Positions 48,242 to 60,655 of a stretch of DNA of 64,000 bases are shown piece after piece (position 1 is the first letter of the stretch; each line of letters begins with the position of its first letter). The notes beneath the pieces were generated by a model. It ran no database searches. It was not told where the DNA came from and saw only the letters and a list, made by a program, of their open reading frames with translations. This DNA comes from Somniosus microcephalus (taxonomy: Eukaryota). Position numbers and translations under genes: made by a program. The stretch is taken from NCBI GenBank assembly GCA_052327205.1, contig CM126223.1, positions 37,386,001-37,450,000 on the forward strand, given 5' to 3'.

Positions 48242-51200
48242 ATGGCTGCCACGGTAGGAACGGTCTCTGCTTTTGATATTCAAGCACAAACTTGGGAGGA
48301 ATACTGTGAAGTGTTGGGTTATTTCTTCGAAGCAAATGAAATAAATGATGCTGGAAAAAGGAAAGCCATTCTGCTTAGTTCAGTGGGAAGCCAAACCTAC
48401 AGTTTGATGAGGAATCTGCTCAGTCCTGAATAGCCTGGAGACAAATCATTTGTTGAATTAGTGGCCTTGCTAAAAGAACATTTCAACCCTAAGCCTAGTG
48501 AGATTGTACAGCGGTTCGAGTTTAATTCAAGGAACAGAAAAGAGGAAGAGAGTGTAATGGACTATGTGGCGGTGTTGCGTAAATTAGCACAAGATTGCAA
48601 TTATGGGAACAACCTGAAGGAAATGCTGAGAGATAGGCTGGTTTGCGGAATTATGGACGACCGAATGCAGCGTAGATTATTATCCGAAACTGGGCTTACT
48701 TATGAAAAAGCATTGGAACTTGCTCAAGCCATAGAGACAGCGAACCGAGATGTAAAAGAAATACAGGGTTCAGACAGGGCTAATGCTAAGCAAGTTGCAG
48801 GTCAGGTTGTTGTGCACAAGTTAAACATGAATCAGAAACCACAACGTCAGCATGGGAAGGCATGTTATAGATGCAAGGGCGATCACTTGGCGAGTGAATG
48901 CCGGTTTCTGGAGGAAAAGTGCCACAAGTGTGGGAAACAAGGACACATAAAACGAGCATGCAGGGCAAAATCACCTGTGGAGGAATCCAAACCAAAAGGG
49001 GGAGGAAAGCAAAACCAAGGAAGAGAAGTGAAAAAACATGGAGCACACCACATCAGCAGGGAAGCTGAGGAAGAAGAGGACATGTTCATAATGTATAGCA
49101 TGTTAGAGAACATTCCAAAAGTGGCTCCTATCACATTGCAACTGACAGTAAATGACTCTAAGGTGAACTTTGAAGTGGATACAGGGTGCGGTGTAACCAT
49201 AATGAACAAGGCAGAGTACTCAAAATTGTGTAACACTGCAAAAGTTCCAGAGTTAAAGTCTTGCTCTCTGCATCTTAAAACATATACAGGTGAACGAATA
49301 GCGACATTAGGTGCAGCTAATGTAACTGTGCAGCACAGGGACACAGTGGAACAGCTACCTGTAGTTATAGTATCGGGTACCGGACCAAACCTGTTAGGTC
49401 GGGGCTGGATAAAAGAACTTAAATTAGACTGGGGAGCAGTAAATCAAATAGATGAGGGCAAACAGTTGACTTTGCAAGAAGTGTTGAGTGAACATGAGAA
49501 TGTGTTCAAGGAGGAACTTGGCACATTTAATGGCCCCCCAGCTAAGATTTATGTAGACAAGGAGGCACCGCCAAGGTTTTTTAAACAACGACCTGTGCCT
49601 TATGCCATGAAGTCAAAGGTAGAGGGTGAGCTTGACCGTCTATTGAGAGAGAACATACTGGAGCCAGTGAAATGTTCAAAATGTGCAGCTCCCACAGTAC
49701 CTGTTTTAAAACCGGACAATTCGGTAAGACTCTGTGGAGATTATAAATTGACAGTCAATCGGGTGTCCAAACTAGAGCAGTATCCTATTCCCAAAACAGA
49801 GGATCTCTTTGCAAACCTGGCTGGAGGAAAGAAATTCACAAAGTTGGATCTGAGTCATGCCTACTTGCAGATTACACTGGATGACAAATCAAAGAAGTAT
49901 GTTACCATAAATACACACAAGGGCTTGTTTACATATAACCACTTACCGTTTGGTGTCTCATCTAGTCCAGCTATCTTCCAGAGGACAATCGAAGGTGTAC
50001 TGCAAGGGATTCCACATGTTTCCATCTATCTGGATGACATTCTGGTGACGGGAAGAAGCGACCAGGAGCATCTGAGCACACTGAGCGGTACTACAGAGGT
50101 TGGAGAGGGCAGGGTTACGGCTCAAGAGGAGTAAGTGCACTTTCCTGGGGAATGAGGCAGTGTTCCTGGGACACAGAGTGGACGCCACCGGGCTCCATCC
50201 ACTCAAGGAGAAGGTACAAGCACTGCAGGACGCCCCTGCTCCTACCAATGTGACTGAGTTAAAAGCTTACCTGGGACTGTTGAACTATTATAACAGGTTT
50301 TTACCAAACTTGTCAACAGTGTTAGCACCGCTTCACAAACTACTGCGCAAGGAGACACAGTGGCAGTGGGGAGAGGAGCAGAGGGTTTCATTTGAACAGT
50401 CCAAGAAATTGATGGTGTCGTCGGATGTGCTGGTTCACAACAATGCAGAGAAAGACATCATTCTCTCTTGTGACACTTCACCTTACGGGGTGGGGGCAGT
50501 TCTTTCACACCGCATGGAAGATGGAACTGAAAGACCTATAAGGTTTATGTCCCGAACTCTAACACCAGCGGAAAAAAACTATTCCCAGTTAGACAAAGAG
50601 GGGTTAGCAGTAATGTTTGGGTTACAGAGGTTCCACAAGTACATATATGGCAGGGAGTTCACCATATGCACCGATCATAAACCTCTTCTCTCTCTTTTCA
50701 ATGAAATGAAAGCAGTTCCACAGATGGTGTCACCCTGGATCCAGAGGTGGGCAGTGACGTTGAGGGCATATGAGTATGTCATCGTCTACAAGGCAGGCAA
50801 GTACCATGGGAATGCAGATGCCTTGAGCTGTCTTCCACTGCCAGGCACACCTATCCGTGCAGCTCCAGAGGACAGAGTTTTGATGTTGGACACTTGTGAC
50901 TGCAGAGCAAGTAAGAACATGGACAGTTAAAGATCCAGTACTGTCTAGAGTTCGAGAATATGTGGTGAGGGGATGGCCACAACATCCGGAAGGGACTGAC
51001 TGACTTCACACCCTACAGTGTCAGGAAAACAGAGCTGAGTGTGCAGGATGGTTGCGTGTTGTGGGGAGCACGAGTAATTATTCCACAGCCAGCACGACAG
51101 TCTATCCTAGGGCAGCTGCATCAGTGTCATCCTGGGGTCTCGCATATGAAAGCCTTGGCTAGGAGTTACTTGTGGTGGCCAAAGCTAGATGAGGAGATAG

Positions 51201-52311
51201 AAAATCTAGTCAAGACATGCAGCACTTGTCAGGTACACAGGAAGGCACCAGCAGTGGCTCCCCTCCACCCCTGGGAGTGGCCGGATAAACCATGGAGAAG
51301 ATTGCACTTAGATTATGCGGGTCCATTCATGGGGAAGATGTTCCTCATAATCATTGATGCACATTCCAAATGGATGGATGTTTATCCTGTAAATTCTGCT
51401 TCCTCCACTACTACTATAGACTGCCTGCGTCGGAGCTTCAGTAATCAAGGGCTACTGGAGATCGTGGTAAGTGACAATGCCACTTGTTTTGTGAGTACAG
51501 AGACAAAAGAGTTCATGAGAAAAAATGGCATAGTGCAGGTGACCTCGGCTCCATATCATCCGTCCCAAATGGACTTGCGGAGAGAGCCGTACAAACATTT
51601 AAAGAGATGATGAAAAAAAGTGCAGAAGAGAGTTTAGCAGCCAAAGTGTCACGGGTTCTGTTCAGCTACAAAATAACACCTCAATCCACCACAGGACTCT
51701 CTCCTGCTGAGATGTTATTAGGTCGTAGACTACGCTCCACTCTTGACCTTGTCCACCCAGACCTAAAAAGGAAAATGGAAAACAGACAAACCAAACAAAA
51801 AGAGAACCATGACAAAAGAACAAAGGGCCGAAGTTTTGGAGAGGGAGATGTGGTCCTTACCCGGAATTTCAGTTATGGACCAAAGTGGATTCCTGGCGTC
51901 ATAGACTCAATGACAGGTCCAATATCATACAAGGTCATGTTGGGAGATGGTAGGGTAGTATGCAGACATGTAGATCAGATACTTACCAGACAAGGGGAAA
52001 TTGAAATGAAGGTTCCAGATGCAATGGCTGAGGACAGGTTTGCCCCCAGTTATCCAAGTGCATCTGTGATGCCACCACCATGGACAGAGACAATTCCACA
52101 GGAACCTATTCGTCAAGAGGAAACCATCGTTGCAGAGTCAGATACTCTGAGCACTGCTCAGGAGCAGCTGGTGGCTTTACCACAAACAAGCAGGGACTTT
52201 ACTGTTAGACGTTCACCAAGGACTCGCAAGCCACCAGAGAAATTGATACTGACCTGTCAGATTCGTCAAGTATGGAACATAGTGAATGGAGACTTCTTAT
52301 GTGACCCTTAG
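48242..52311 (+). pseudogene. Gypsy-2 gag-pol, disrupted
   Basis: ORFs 48230-48433, 48461-50134, 50100-50930, 51041-51610 and 51484-52311; two CCHC knuckles, VDTG, YLDD, CTDHKPL, HPG...C..C, LDYAGP, SDN; stop at 48431 and several frameshifts. Confidence 0.95.
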
Positions 52312-52348
52312 GAATGGTTGTTTGTTAAGAAATTCATACTGAAATCTT

Positions 52349-52361
52349 AAGGGGGGAGGAA
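52349..52361 (+). promoter_or_regulatory. Polypurine tract
   Basis: AAGGGGGGAGGAA immediately before the 3' LTR. Confidence 0.85.
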
Positions 52362-52572
52362 TATAGTAATCTGGGATGTTATGATTAAGGTTATCCACCA
52401 GGTGGTGCTGTAGCCAGTGCTGCCACTAGTTTTAGGAGGGAAGCTCATTCGAGTGTGGAATGCAAAGGATGCAGGCCTGTATGTTGTTACCCAGTTGTTT
52501 AATAAACTACCTGGACTAATTCTAAGATATCACCTCTTCGAGTTCCTTGTTTCACTACATGCATTTATCACA
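52362..52572 (+). repeat. Gypsy-2 3' LTR
   Basis: Direct repeat of 47925-48135. Confidence 0.95.
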
Positions 52573-55214
52573 GCTCCCCTGTTATCTGGCGGCCGAGGTC
52601 TCACTTTCACCTCCCTTTTAGCCTTTCTGTAATATATTTTGACCTGGAAACAAACAAGATACAGAGGGTGTAGTGATGTTTTCAGGGAGTTGTGGGGAGT
52701 GGTGGTAGAGTTCTGTGGGGAGTGGGGGCAGGGGGAGGGGGGGGAAAGAGTTGGTTCACTTGGGTTTAATTGTGCAGCGCATACCTGTGGACTTACTCAA
52801 TTTGAAGTTGGTGGAATAGGTCCTGTCAGCTGTTAGAAAAGCATATTCTGGCCTTGCTTGAGAAGTTGGCCTAGTCTGGTGACACCTTTGGCATGTGAAG
52901 TTTGGAACCCAGTTGTGGTAAATGCTTCTGAAAGTTCCCCAATTTGCCAGATTGGAGAGGTGGCCGACAGGCCCTGAAGGGTTTGCAAGGACATCTTTCA
53001 GCTGGTTAGCCTCACCAAGATCATTGTGTGTTTTTGAGCTCCCGCCAGTCTTTGCTGGGACAGCTTGTGTGGGGAGACTGTCTGGAAAGGCCTCAGTCTC
53101 CATGTTCCCACAAGGATTGGAGGTGGGGCAGACCAGATTCCAGGCCATTACTCCCCAGAGTAGGGCTGCCTGAGACTGGGAAGGCTGAGCCTTCTTTCAT
53201 GCTGGGAGAGCTCTAAGCATCTGAGACATGCTTGTGGCTTCCTGCCTGCCCACAGAAACCTGGGGAGTGGGCCCATAACTATTGCTATGTATGTGCTCCT
53301 TCCACTTGCGGTATCTCAAGATTACTTTTCTGCTTGTACCACAAGACGGCACAAAATTCAAGAGATCAGTTACCAACTCAAGAAAGCTTCATAAATATAC
53401 AGGTCCTCGACTCCTTTGAAGGTGGGCACCCTGTACGTTCTTCAATATCAGAGCATGGACAGAGTGGGGAAAGGTGAAGCAGCAGCCCTACAACCTAATC
53501 ACATTCTGCTATAAAGTCCTTTACCCCCTTCTCACTCCAACAGAGACATACTCGCAACCAAACATCACACACACTACCCCAAAATGCAAACTCCTGTCCT
53601 GGCAGTACCCAATGCTTCAAGAGGAGGTTGAAACAAAGCTACTCGTAGGTCAGACCAGGGCTCCTTTCACAATGAGATTCAGGTTTTGTTTTGTCCAGGC
53701 ACAGGACTGAAGGATATACAATGTTCGAAGGATTGAGCAAGCACAGTCAATGTGCTTCTTTTAATCAAAATCAGGATGAGAACTAAGCACACGCCCTTGG
53801 AAACTGAGAATCCAGCAGTAAACTTCAAGTCGATGAGGAGTCTTGAAAATAAAATGGTCCTGGTTCTCAAGCTAGCAGAAATGATGTGCCTAATGTTTAG
53901 GAGCTGAAAGTTTAGACATGTAAACATCCAGAAATCCAAAATGGAAAACACCAAGCAGCAACACAGATAATTAACATATACACAGACACTTAAAAAAAAT
54001 GTTCACACAGGATTTTGTAACTACAGTAGCTTCTTCATGTAAGCAAAAGGAAAACTAATAAACATCCTGGTTTAATAGCATGTACTTTACCTGTCATCCA
54101 ACAGCCCATTAACATGTCACACCCGAGTACTCATTCCCACAGGTCATTTTGTTTAAAATGACAAGGATAATGCATATGTCGACGAGCTGACAGACATGAC
54201 TGTCCTTCAAAGATGAAAATGAGAGCTAAGCACCTGTTCTTATCCGAGAAACATGCTTACGTCTATCATCTAAATGAAGCAGAATGCCATTCCTCAGGAG
54301 AGCTCTTTCTTCATTTCCTGACTTCAAGAATATCAAACAAGCACCATTTGTCTTCGTTTCAAGGCCCATATGCCTGAATAATTAAGAGAAACTTTTGAAA
54401 TGCTGATTAAAGTCCCAAGGAAGCACTCCCGACCCATGTAGCCACTTTTCATTTTGGATTTCACTCTGGTACACAGTCAGAGCACTGGGATATTCCTCAG
54501 GTTCATGATGTCACAAAAATATAGTGCGATGCAACAAAAATAAAATGATGCTGGACCCTTTCAGAGCCAGTGATTGTCATGCTCTACCCTAAAACTGAGA
54601 TCATTCCACCCTTTAAAAACCTCAATCCAACTGGGTTTATCATTTATCATGACAAAACATTGTTAGTGTCTGTGTGGAGAGGGACGGAATGCTTAGATGT
54701 TAAACAGCACTTTCAATTTCGTACCATCTTGATGATTAGGTGTCTGCTACATGTAGCTGGAGCCGTGGTAAAGAGAGTTTTTGTTCTGTTCTGCTGTGTG
54801 TGGTGGATGATGTGTTTTGATTCCAGGCAGTCTCACAGCGGCTGTGTATGAACAGGATTCCCTAGCGGCCTTGCGGAGGAGACTACAGAATTCCTCAATA
54901 GTCTTGTGGTGGGTGGATTCCTTTGTACTTTGGGAGCCTGGTGGTAAGTATACATTCTTTTCCATAGGCACGCGTGTTCTCAGTCTGCGCAGCGAGAAGT
55001 CCTTGCCGGATCTCTGACCGTCACCAAGGGCAGAGGGAAGATGCATCCTTTGTCTGACAGTCTGGTGGGGAGGATGGAGATGTACTCATTGTCTGACGGC
55101 ATAGTGAGTCAGCAGAAGGGGAGTTATGGCTTTCTAAAATGGTTTACTTGCTTTCTAGGGCTTGCTTTAGGGTTTTTGTTAGTTTGATGATGTTCCGTGA
55201 AACAGAGTGAAATG

Positions 55215-55590
55215 AGCAGGTATGGTCAGGGAATTTCTCCCCCTCTACTCCAATGTTCTCCCTTTAACCCACCAGTGATACAATGAGACTATTCTACTGA
55301 TAGCAGCAACCCTCCAGTGTTTCACTCAAGTGGTCATTCTTTATGTACAAGGCTGAACAGTGGCTGATGATGAACCACTAGACAGCTGAGACCATCAGAA
55401 TCGAGTGTGAAACCTGTGCTCACCCAGCATCTATATGCCCATCCTTCTAATAGGGAATTACTGGATAGTGGCCAGGAGCAGAAACCCTAGACAATGTCTC
55501 TCTCCACATCCCAATTGTAGGCCTCCACCACTACCCTGGGTGAGATTCACCCAAACAAGGCAAAGAATCTAGGACTCTGCAGTTTGTATG
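55215..55590 (-). mobile_element. tRNA-derived SINE-like element (second family), decayed
   Basis: caagtggtcattcttt...ctggatagtggccaggagcagaaaccct is the reverse complement of motifs at 10068-10435. Confidence 0.45.
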
Positions 55591-56778
55591 GCAATACTAA
55601 TGTTTTCAACAGCAAAGTCTAAGTATGTCAGTATTTCACAAGAGTTGCCAAAAATGAAAGTGGAATTTTGATGAATATTTTACACCTGGCTCAGGAATTA
55701 TATTTGACAGGAACAAGTGGGAATTTTCTCTGGTACATCGCATGTCTGTATTAGACTTATATGTGGAGATGAGAATAATGATTTGGTCAGATATGTGCTT
55801 AGTGCCAAACTGGCTGTATTTTCATATGAAGTCCACATTTGACATTCCCATTACTTTCTGAAGATAAAGAAGTAATCATTTGGGTTTTGCAAAGTACTTG
55901 ATGTCATATGCGTTTGCAGATTACTGCCTGAAGTGACAGCTGAATAAACAATCTGCTTAACACAAGCCCGAGCCCCCAACCACCCCAACAACCAACACAA
56001 AATGTGTAACTGATTATTAATTCTAATTATTCATCTTTATTTATGGTGCACAGCTGTCGGGACTCCTTAAGTTACAAAAAAATATGCCTTGAAGTACAGA
56101 ATGTTCCCATCATAAAGACTGCCAGTGTGTCCCCTGTGGTAGATCCACGTAATATATGGTCCTGTTGACAATCTAAAATTCCGCATTTGACTGCGTTTAT
56201 GGGCCTTGGAGTCCCTTTACACTTTAAATATGAAACAGCACTTCGATAATGGACCATTAAATCAGCATCCCTCAGATGCAGCAGCACAGCCAATTCATGT
56301 GATTGTCAAGTTTAATTTAGAAATCTTTGTGCAACAGTGAAGTCCCATCCCATTAAATCCCACTGCAAAATGTTGAAAACACACATGGCATTAAATCTTG
56401 GCAAGTTATTAAAAAACCTTTTTATTGAGGCTGACATATCAGGATTTTACCAAAATGTGTTTTTGTTGGACATTTTTGAGGTAAAATGGTTGCACCTTGG
56501 TTTCATTTATCACCTTCCTTCTTGCACCCCAAACAACCTGGACTGAGTGAAATGGGGAGCATCAAGGACTTACAGGAAAGGTTCAAAGCAAGGAGATCCT
56601 TTGGCTCACTTGATCTCAGCCTTCCAGAATATCAACCATAGCATCTTTCCATTACAGCATCGAACTGTTACTTAAATAAGTCAAGTGCCCTAGCCTCAAA
56701 TACTGCCAGACTGACTGTAGGGTAAGTTTGCACTACAGCAGATGCTACACCTTCTATGCATAAATGTCTGCAATGTAT

Positions 56779-56990
56779 TACATAGAATCTACAGCACAGA
56801 AAAAAGGCCATTCGTCCCAACTAGTCTATGCCAGTGCTTATACTCCACACGAGCCTCATCCCACCATGCCCCCATATCTCTCTATTTCCTTCTCCCTCAC
56901 GTGTGCATCAAGCTTCACCTTGTACGTGTCAATCTGCTTCAATCACTCCATGTGGCAGCAAGTTCCACATTCTCACCACTCTTTTTTCTT
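56779..56990 (-). mobile_element. Old CR1 3' fragment
   Basis: catagaatctacagcacagaaaaaaggccattcg...agttccacattctcaccactc. Confidence 0.7.
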
Positions 56991-57094
56991 GAACGGGATA
57001 GTTAATATTTACTAAGAAATTTAAAGGATTATATAGTAATCAAAGAGGTACTAGACTGCTCAGTCTTTCTTTCAGTAACTCTTTCAGCAGTTTC

Positions 57095-57450
57095 GCAAGT
57101 AATCTGCCTAGCGTGGTGCTAAGACACGTATATCAAGGAGGTCCCAGGGTTGATCCATGATCCATGGCAAGTCAGTTCAACTCTGCTGAGACAATGGTGG
57201 AAAATGGGAAAAAAAATAAGCTGGGTTTCTCAGTCCAAATCATTACACAGTGTGTGTTTGTGTGAACACCCACACATGTTACATCAGGTGAGAACAGGAC
57301 CAAGTAGGCTATTCAACTGCTGAAGGTCCCAGCGGTGGAATAACCTGCCAACAATTACTTTTCAGGTGACAAGTGACCATTTGAGTGAGATGTTGGAGGA
57401 TGCTGATGCCTTTAGAGCCACACCCCACTTTGAGGGGAGTGGTAGAAGAG
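57095..57450 (+). mobile_element. tRNA-derived SINE-like element (second family), decayed
   Basis: aggtcccagggttgatcc B-box-like motif and caggtgagaacaggac body motif. Confidence 0.45.
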
Positions 57451-58689
57451 ACAGAAAGAAAATTGGAGGGGAAAGAAATCAGTTGATTTGCTGTGTACCT
57501 ACAAAACTAGCAAAGTGTCTCACTAGATGGGTTACCAGGCAGCAATGCTCCCATTTTAAACCATACTCACCCCTTTAAACCATACTCATGTTGACAGTAT
57601 TTTCTCTGGCATCCTGGGGTCAATCTGCTGTTTTATTTGAGGACCTCAGTAAAACAAATGTAATGTGAACCAGCACTAGGTGAATGCTTTTGGCTTTAAT
57701 TTATCACTGTATTTATGCCTTAAGAAGCCTCTCCTACATTGGATTAATTTCTTTTTTCTGCACTTGATACATAAAAAAAATACACAGGCCTCTTTTGAAA
57801 TGAATTCAAATCTCAGATTCCTCCTTTCTGTTTGCCTGTAAGCAACGCCAGCTTCGTCCTCGGAAAGCCGCTACCAGCTAGACTCTTTGTTTATCTGTCA
57901 TTGGGCATTGTTTGCCCAGGGCTGGGATGGACAGCAACAGGTAGAAATCATCACGTACAGCGAACTTCAAGTGTCGCTGTGAGGAGTCAGCCACAGGAGG
58001 AGGCACGACACCCCTTTCAGATGGGCAGTTTTGTACTTCTCATGGAACCGCAGCCCACCACCACAAAGCAGTTTTCTTCTGCTGAAGAACGACGTCAGAA
58101 TTATGTGGCTTGTTTTAAAGGATTTTATTCCCCCGCCTTCAGTTTATTGAAAATTTGTTTCCTCTTCATTCTCTTCAGTTCTTTTTCGCTGTCACCAAGA
58201 ACTCATCTACCAGCCCAGCCGAGAACTACTGAAACCCACCCAGTAAGTGGCAGTGGTGAGTGGCCCTATCACTCCTTTAAACACAGTATAAAAGTACTTC
58301 TAGTCCAGCTCACGGGCCGCTGTGGGTCCTATTGACACTCTTCAACGTGATAACAAAAAGCTTTTTGTGGCATTCACAACATTTATGCAGGAATATATCA
58401 CAGCCATCTGCAAACAACAACATACTCTAGCAGATGTGGAAAAGCTTTGTGAGTTGTAATCTCAGTGCCTCCTTGTTTCCTCTCTGTTCTGCTTCTATGA
58501 GTACGTGACTTCAAACCTTCCCCATATCATCCTGTGATAAATCTAAGAACAACCATCTGGTGTGAACACCATCAGATCACAATACCTATCAGCATGATGC
58601 CACCCAGCAGTCACTGCTGTGGCCTCCACCACTGCTGCAGTACTGTTGCACAAAGAATCAAAATTTTACTCTTTAATGTTAGAAAAGAG

Positions 58690-59310
58690 AACAGAGAAGG
58701 TGCAGGGGGATCTACTAGAGGTTTTCAAAATTCTGAAATGTTCTGAGTGTAAACGGTGAAAGATTGTTTCTACTGTTTGGTGAATCAGTAACAAGGGGAA
58801 ATAGATTTGGGATAGTCACTAGGAGGAAGAAATGTTTTCACACACAAAGGTATTAAGAGCATGGAATGCTTTACTGCAAGTGGTTATTAAGGCAGAGACC
58901 ATATCAACATTTAAGAAGGAATTAGATCATTCTGGATTGCTAGCTCACACTAAATTGAGAAAACTGCTGTACTCAGTACCTTTCTGCTGTCTTAAACTCA
59001 GGCCGACATGTCATTTCAATGAGATGTTAATGATGCAAATGTTCCAAATAAGTGCCATTTGTGGCAGTTTGGAATAGCGCACTAGTGTTAATCTAAATTT
59101 AAAACAATAAGCACAGACTGCTCTAAAAATGCCACTGGATCTCCAGGGAATTGCATTTGTAAATGCCTTTGAAAAGAAAAGAAAATATGTGGGGATAGGC
59201 CAGGGAAATGGGGTTAAAGTAGATAGCTCCATTTGAAGAGCTAGCAGCAGTACAGAAACAATGGACTGAATGGACTCCTTCTGTGCTGTCATTGCTATGG
59301 TGCTATGAAA
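58690..59310 (+). mobile_element. Old CR1 3' end interrupted by a 241-bp insert
   Basis: GGDLLEVFKI...FSHTKVLRAWNAL...FKKELD, resuming after 59171 with gaaaagaaaag...tggactgaatggactccttctgtgctg. Confidence 0.7.
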
Positions 59311-59962
59311 GACTGAGAATTCCTATTCTTCACTGAGTATCTAAATTACTGAACATAATAAAAGAGTGTCAAGACAAACAGGCAGATTAGTCGAGTTCTT
59401 TTGAAGACCAATTAAAAAATGAAAGATGTTGCTTAATTTTCTTGGTAATTTTCCTAACCGTTCCATTACCACCACAACATCACCGCTCCATTACCACTAC
59501 CGTCGCTCCATTACCACCCACATCACCACTTCATTCCCACCACTTCGTCACCAGCTCTCCACTACCATCACACCAGCCATCTAAGTCATACAACTCCACA
59601 ATAGGGAGGGGGGAGGAAACTGCTTTTCATTTAAGGCATCCTTCCTTATGCCAATTTCATTATCTCAACCGTAGCACTGCTACAAGAATAAAGAAATTAG
59701 CAAATTGAAAAGAAACTGCTGCAAAGGCATTTACAAATGCAATTCCCTGGAGATCCAGTGGCATTTTTAGAGCAGTCTGTGCTTATTGTTTTAAATTTAG
59801 ATTAACACTAGTGCGCTATTCCAAACTGCCACAAATGGCACTTATTTGGAACATTTGCATCATTAACATCTCATTGAAATGACATGTCGGCCTGAGTTTA
59901 AGACAGCAGAAAGGTACTGAGTACAGCAGTTTTCTCAATTTAGTGTGTGCTAGCAATCCAGA
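58931..59962. repeat. 241-bp inverted repeat (arms 58931-59171 and 59722-59962)
   Basis: Arms are reverse complements with one mismatch seen; 550-bp spacer. Confidence 0.95.
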
Positions 59963-60607
59963 GAAAAACGTGATACAAAAGAGTAATTTAACTGTTCACA
60001 TTACTGCAGTGAACCCTGTCGAGAGGGCACATTGCTGGCATGGACTTCAGGTGATCTATACAGGTGGTCTCCAATACATTTTCAAATCAGATTCATTAAT
60101 TCATGGCCTGGAATGTTGTTACATGCTTAGTCACCACAGAGAGGCTATAAAGTTGGAGTTTGTTGAAAGCTGCTGTGCATCTTATGTCCTGTTAATGGAA
60201 AACGTCAAACTTGAACAGCTCACGTTACTGGTGCAATTTGCTCAGCATAGGTACATTAAGCCCAGTTTGGACAAATTTCAAGGCAGTCTGAACCGGTTTC
60301 AATCAGATTATCGCAGTTCTCTGGTTGCCTTCGGAAAGCGGCTGCAATGAAAAGCTGGCCGCTTTCTCAACATGGGTTCGCACCCCGCAGTGCCATGGAG
60401 GCAGTGTGTATACCAAGTAAAAGGCAGCTTTATACACCCCCGCAGAAAATCAGCTCCATAAACACTGCCTTTTACTTCAGGCAGATGCTGCAGGGCAGTC
60501 TGGGCGTGATTTGAAAAAAAAAATCAAAACACCAAAGGCGTTGATTTTGGAGACCACCGACCGGTTGCTTAGGGTGACGGAGAGCTGGCAGATGCCAGTT
60601 ATATTGA

Positions 60608-60655
60608 ATGAGTGAGTGAGTGAGTGAGTGAGTGAGTGAGTGAGTGTGTGTGAGT
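60608..60655. repeat. (TGAG)n microsatellite
   Basis: Direct tetranucleotide run. Confidence 0.95.

Larger units (their letters stand above)
47925..52572 (+). mobile_element. Full-length Gypsy/Ty3 LTR retrotransposon (Mag-like), Gypsy-2
   Basis: Two 211-bp LTRs, PBS, PPT, gag-PR-RT-RH-IN; flanks CCTCC / GCTCC (5-bp TSD with one mismatch). Confidence 0.97.
47200..54600 (-). mobile_element. Highly decayed L1/Tx1-like LINE interrupted by Gypsy-2
   Basis: Reverse strand near 54400 gives a GDFN-like endonuclease motif (LPWDFNQH) followed by SRI-like residues; sequence on both sides of the Gypsy looks like decayed coding DNA. Weak. Confidence 0.4.

Noticed and set aside
59450-59580. His/Pro/Thr-rich coding segment
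   Set aside because: Low-complexity CAC/CCA-rich simple sequence without splice or domain support.
58931-59962. Foldback or MITE transposon with 241-bp TIRs
   Set aside because: No TSD, and the spacer continues the CR1 that the left arm interrupts.
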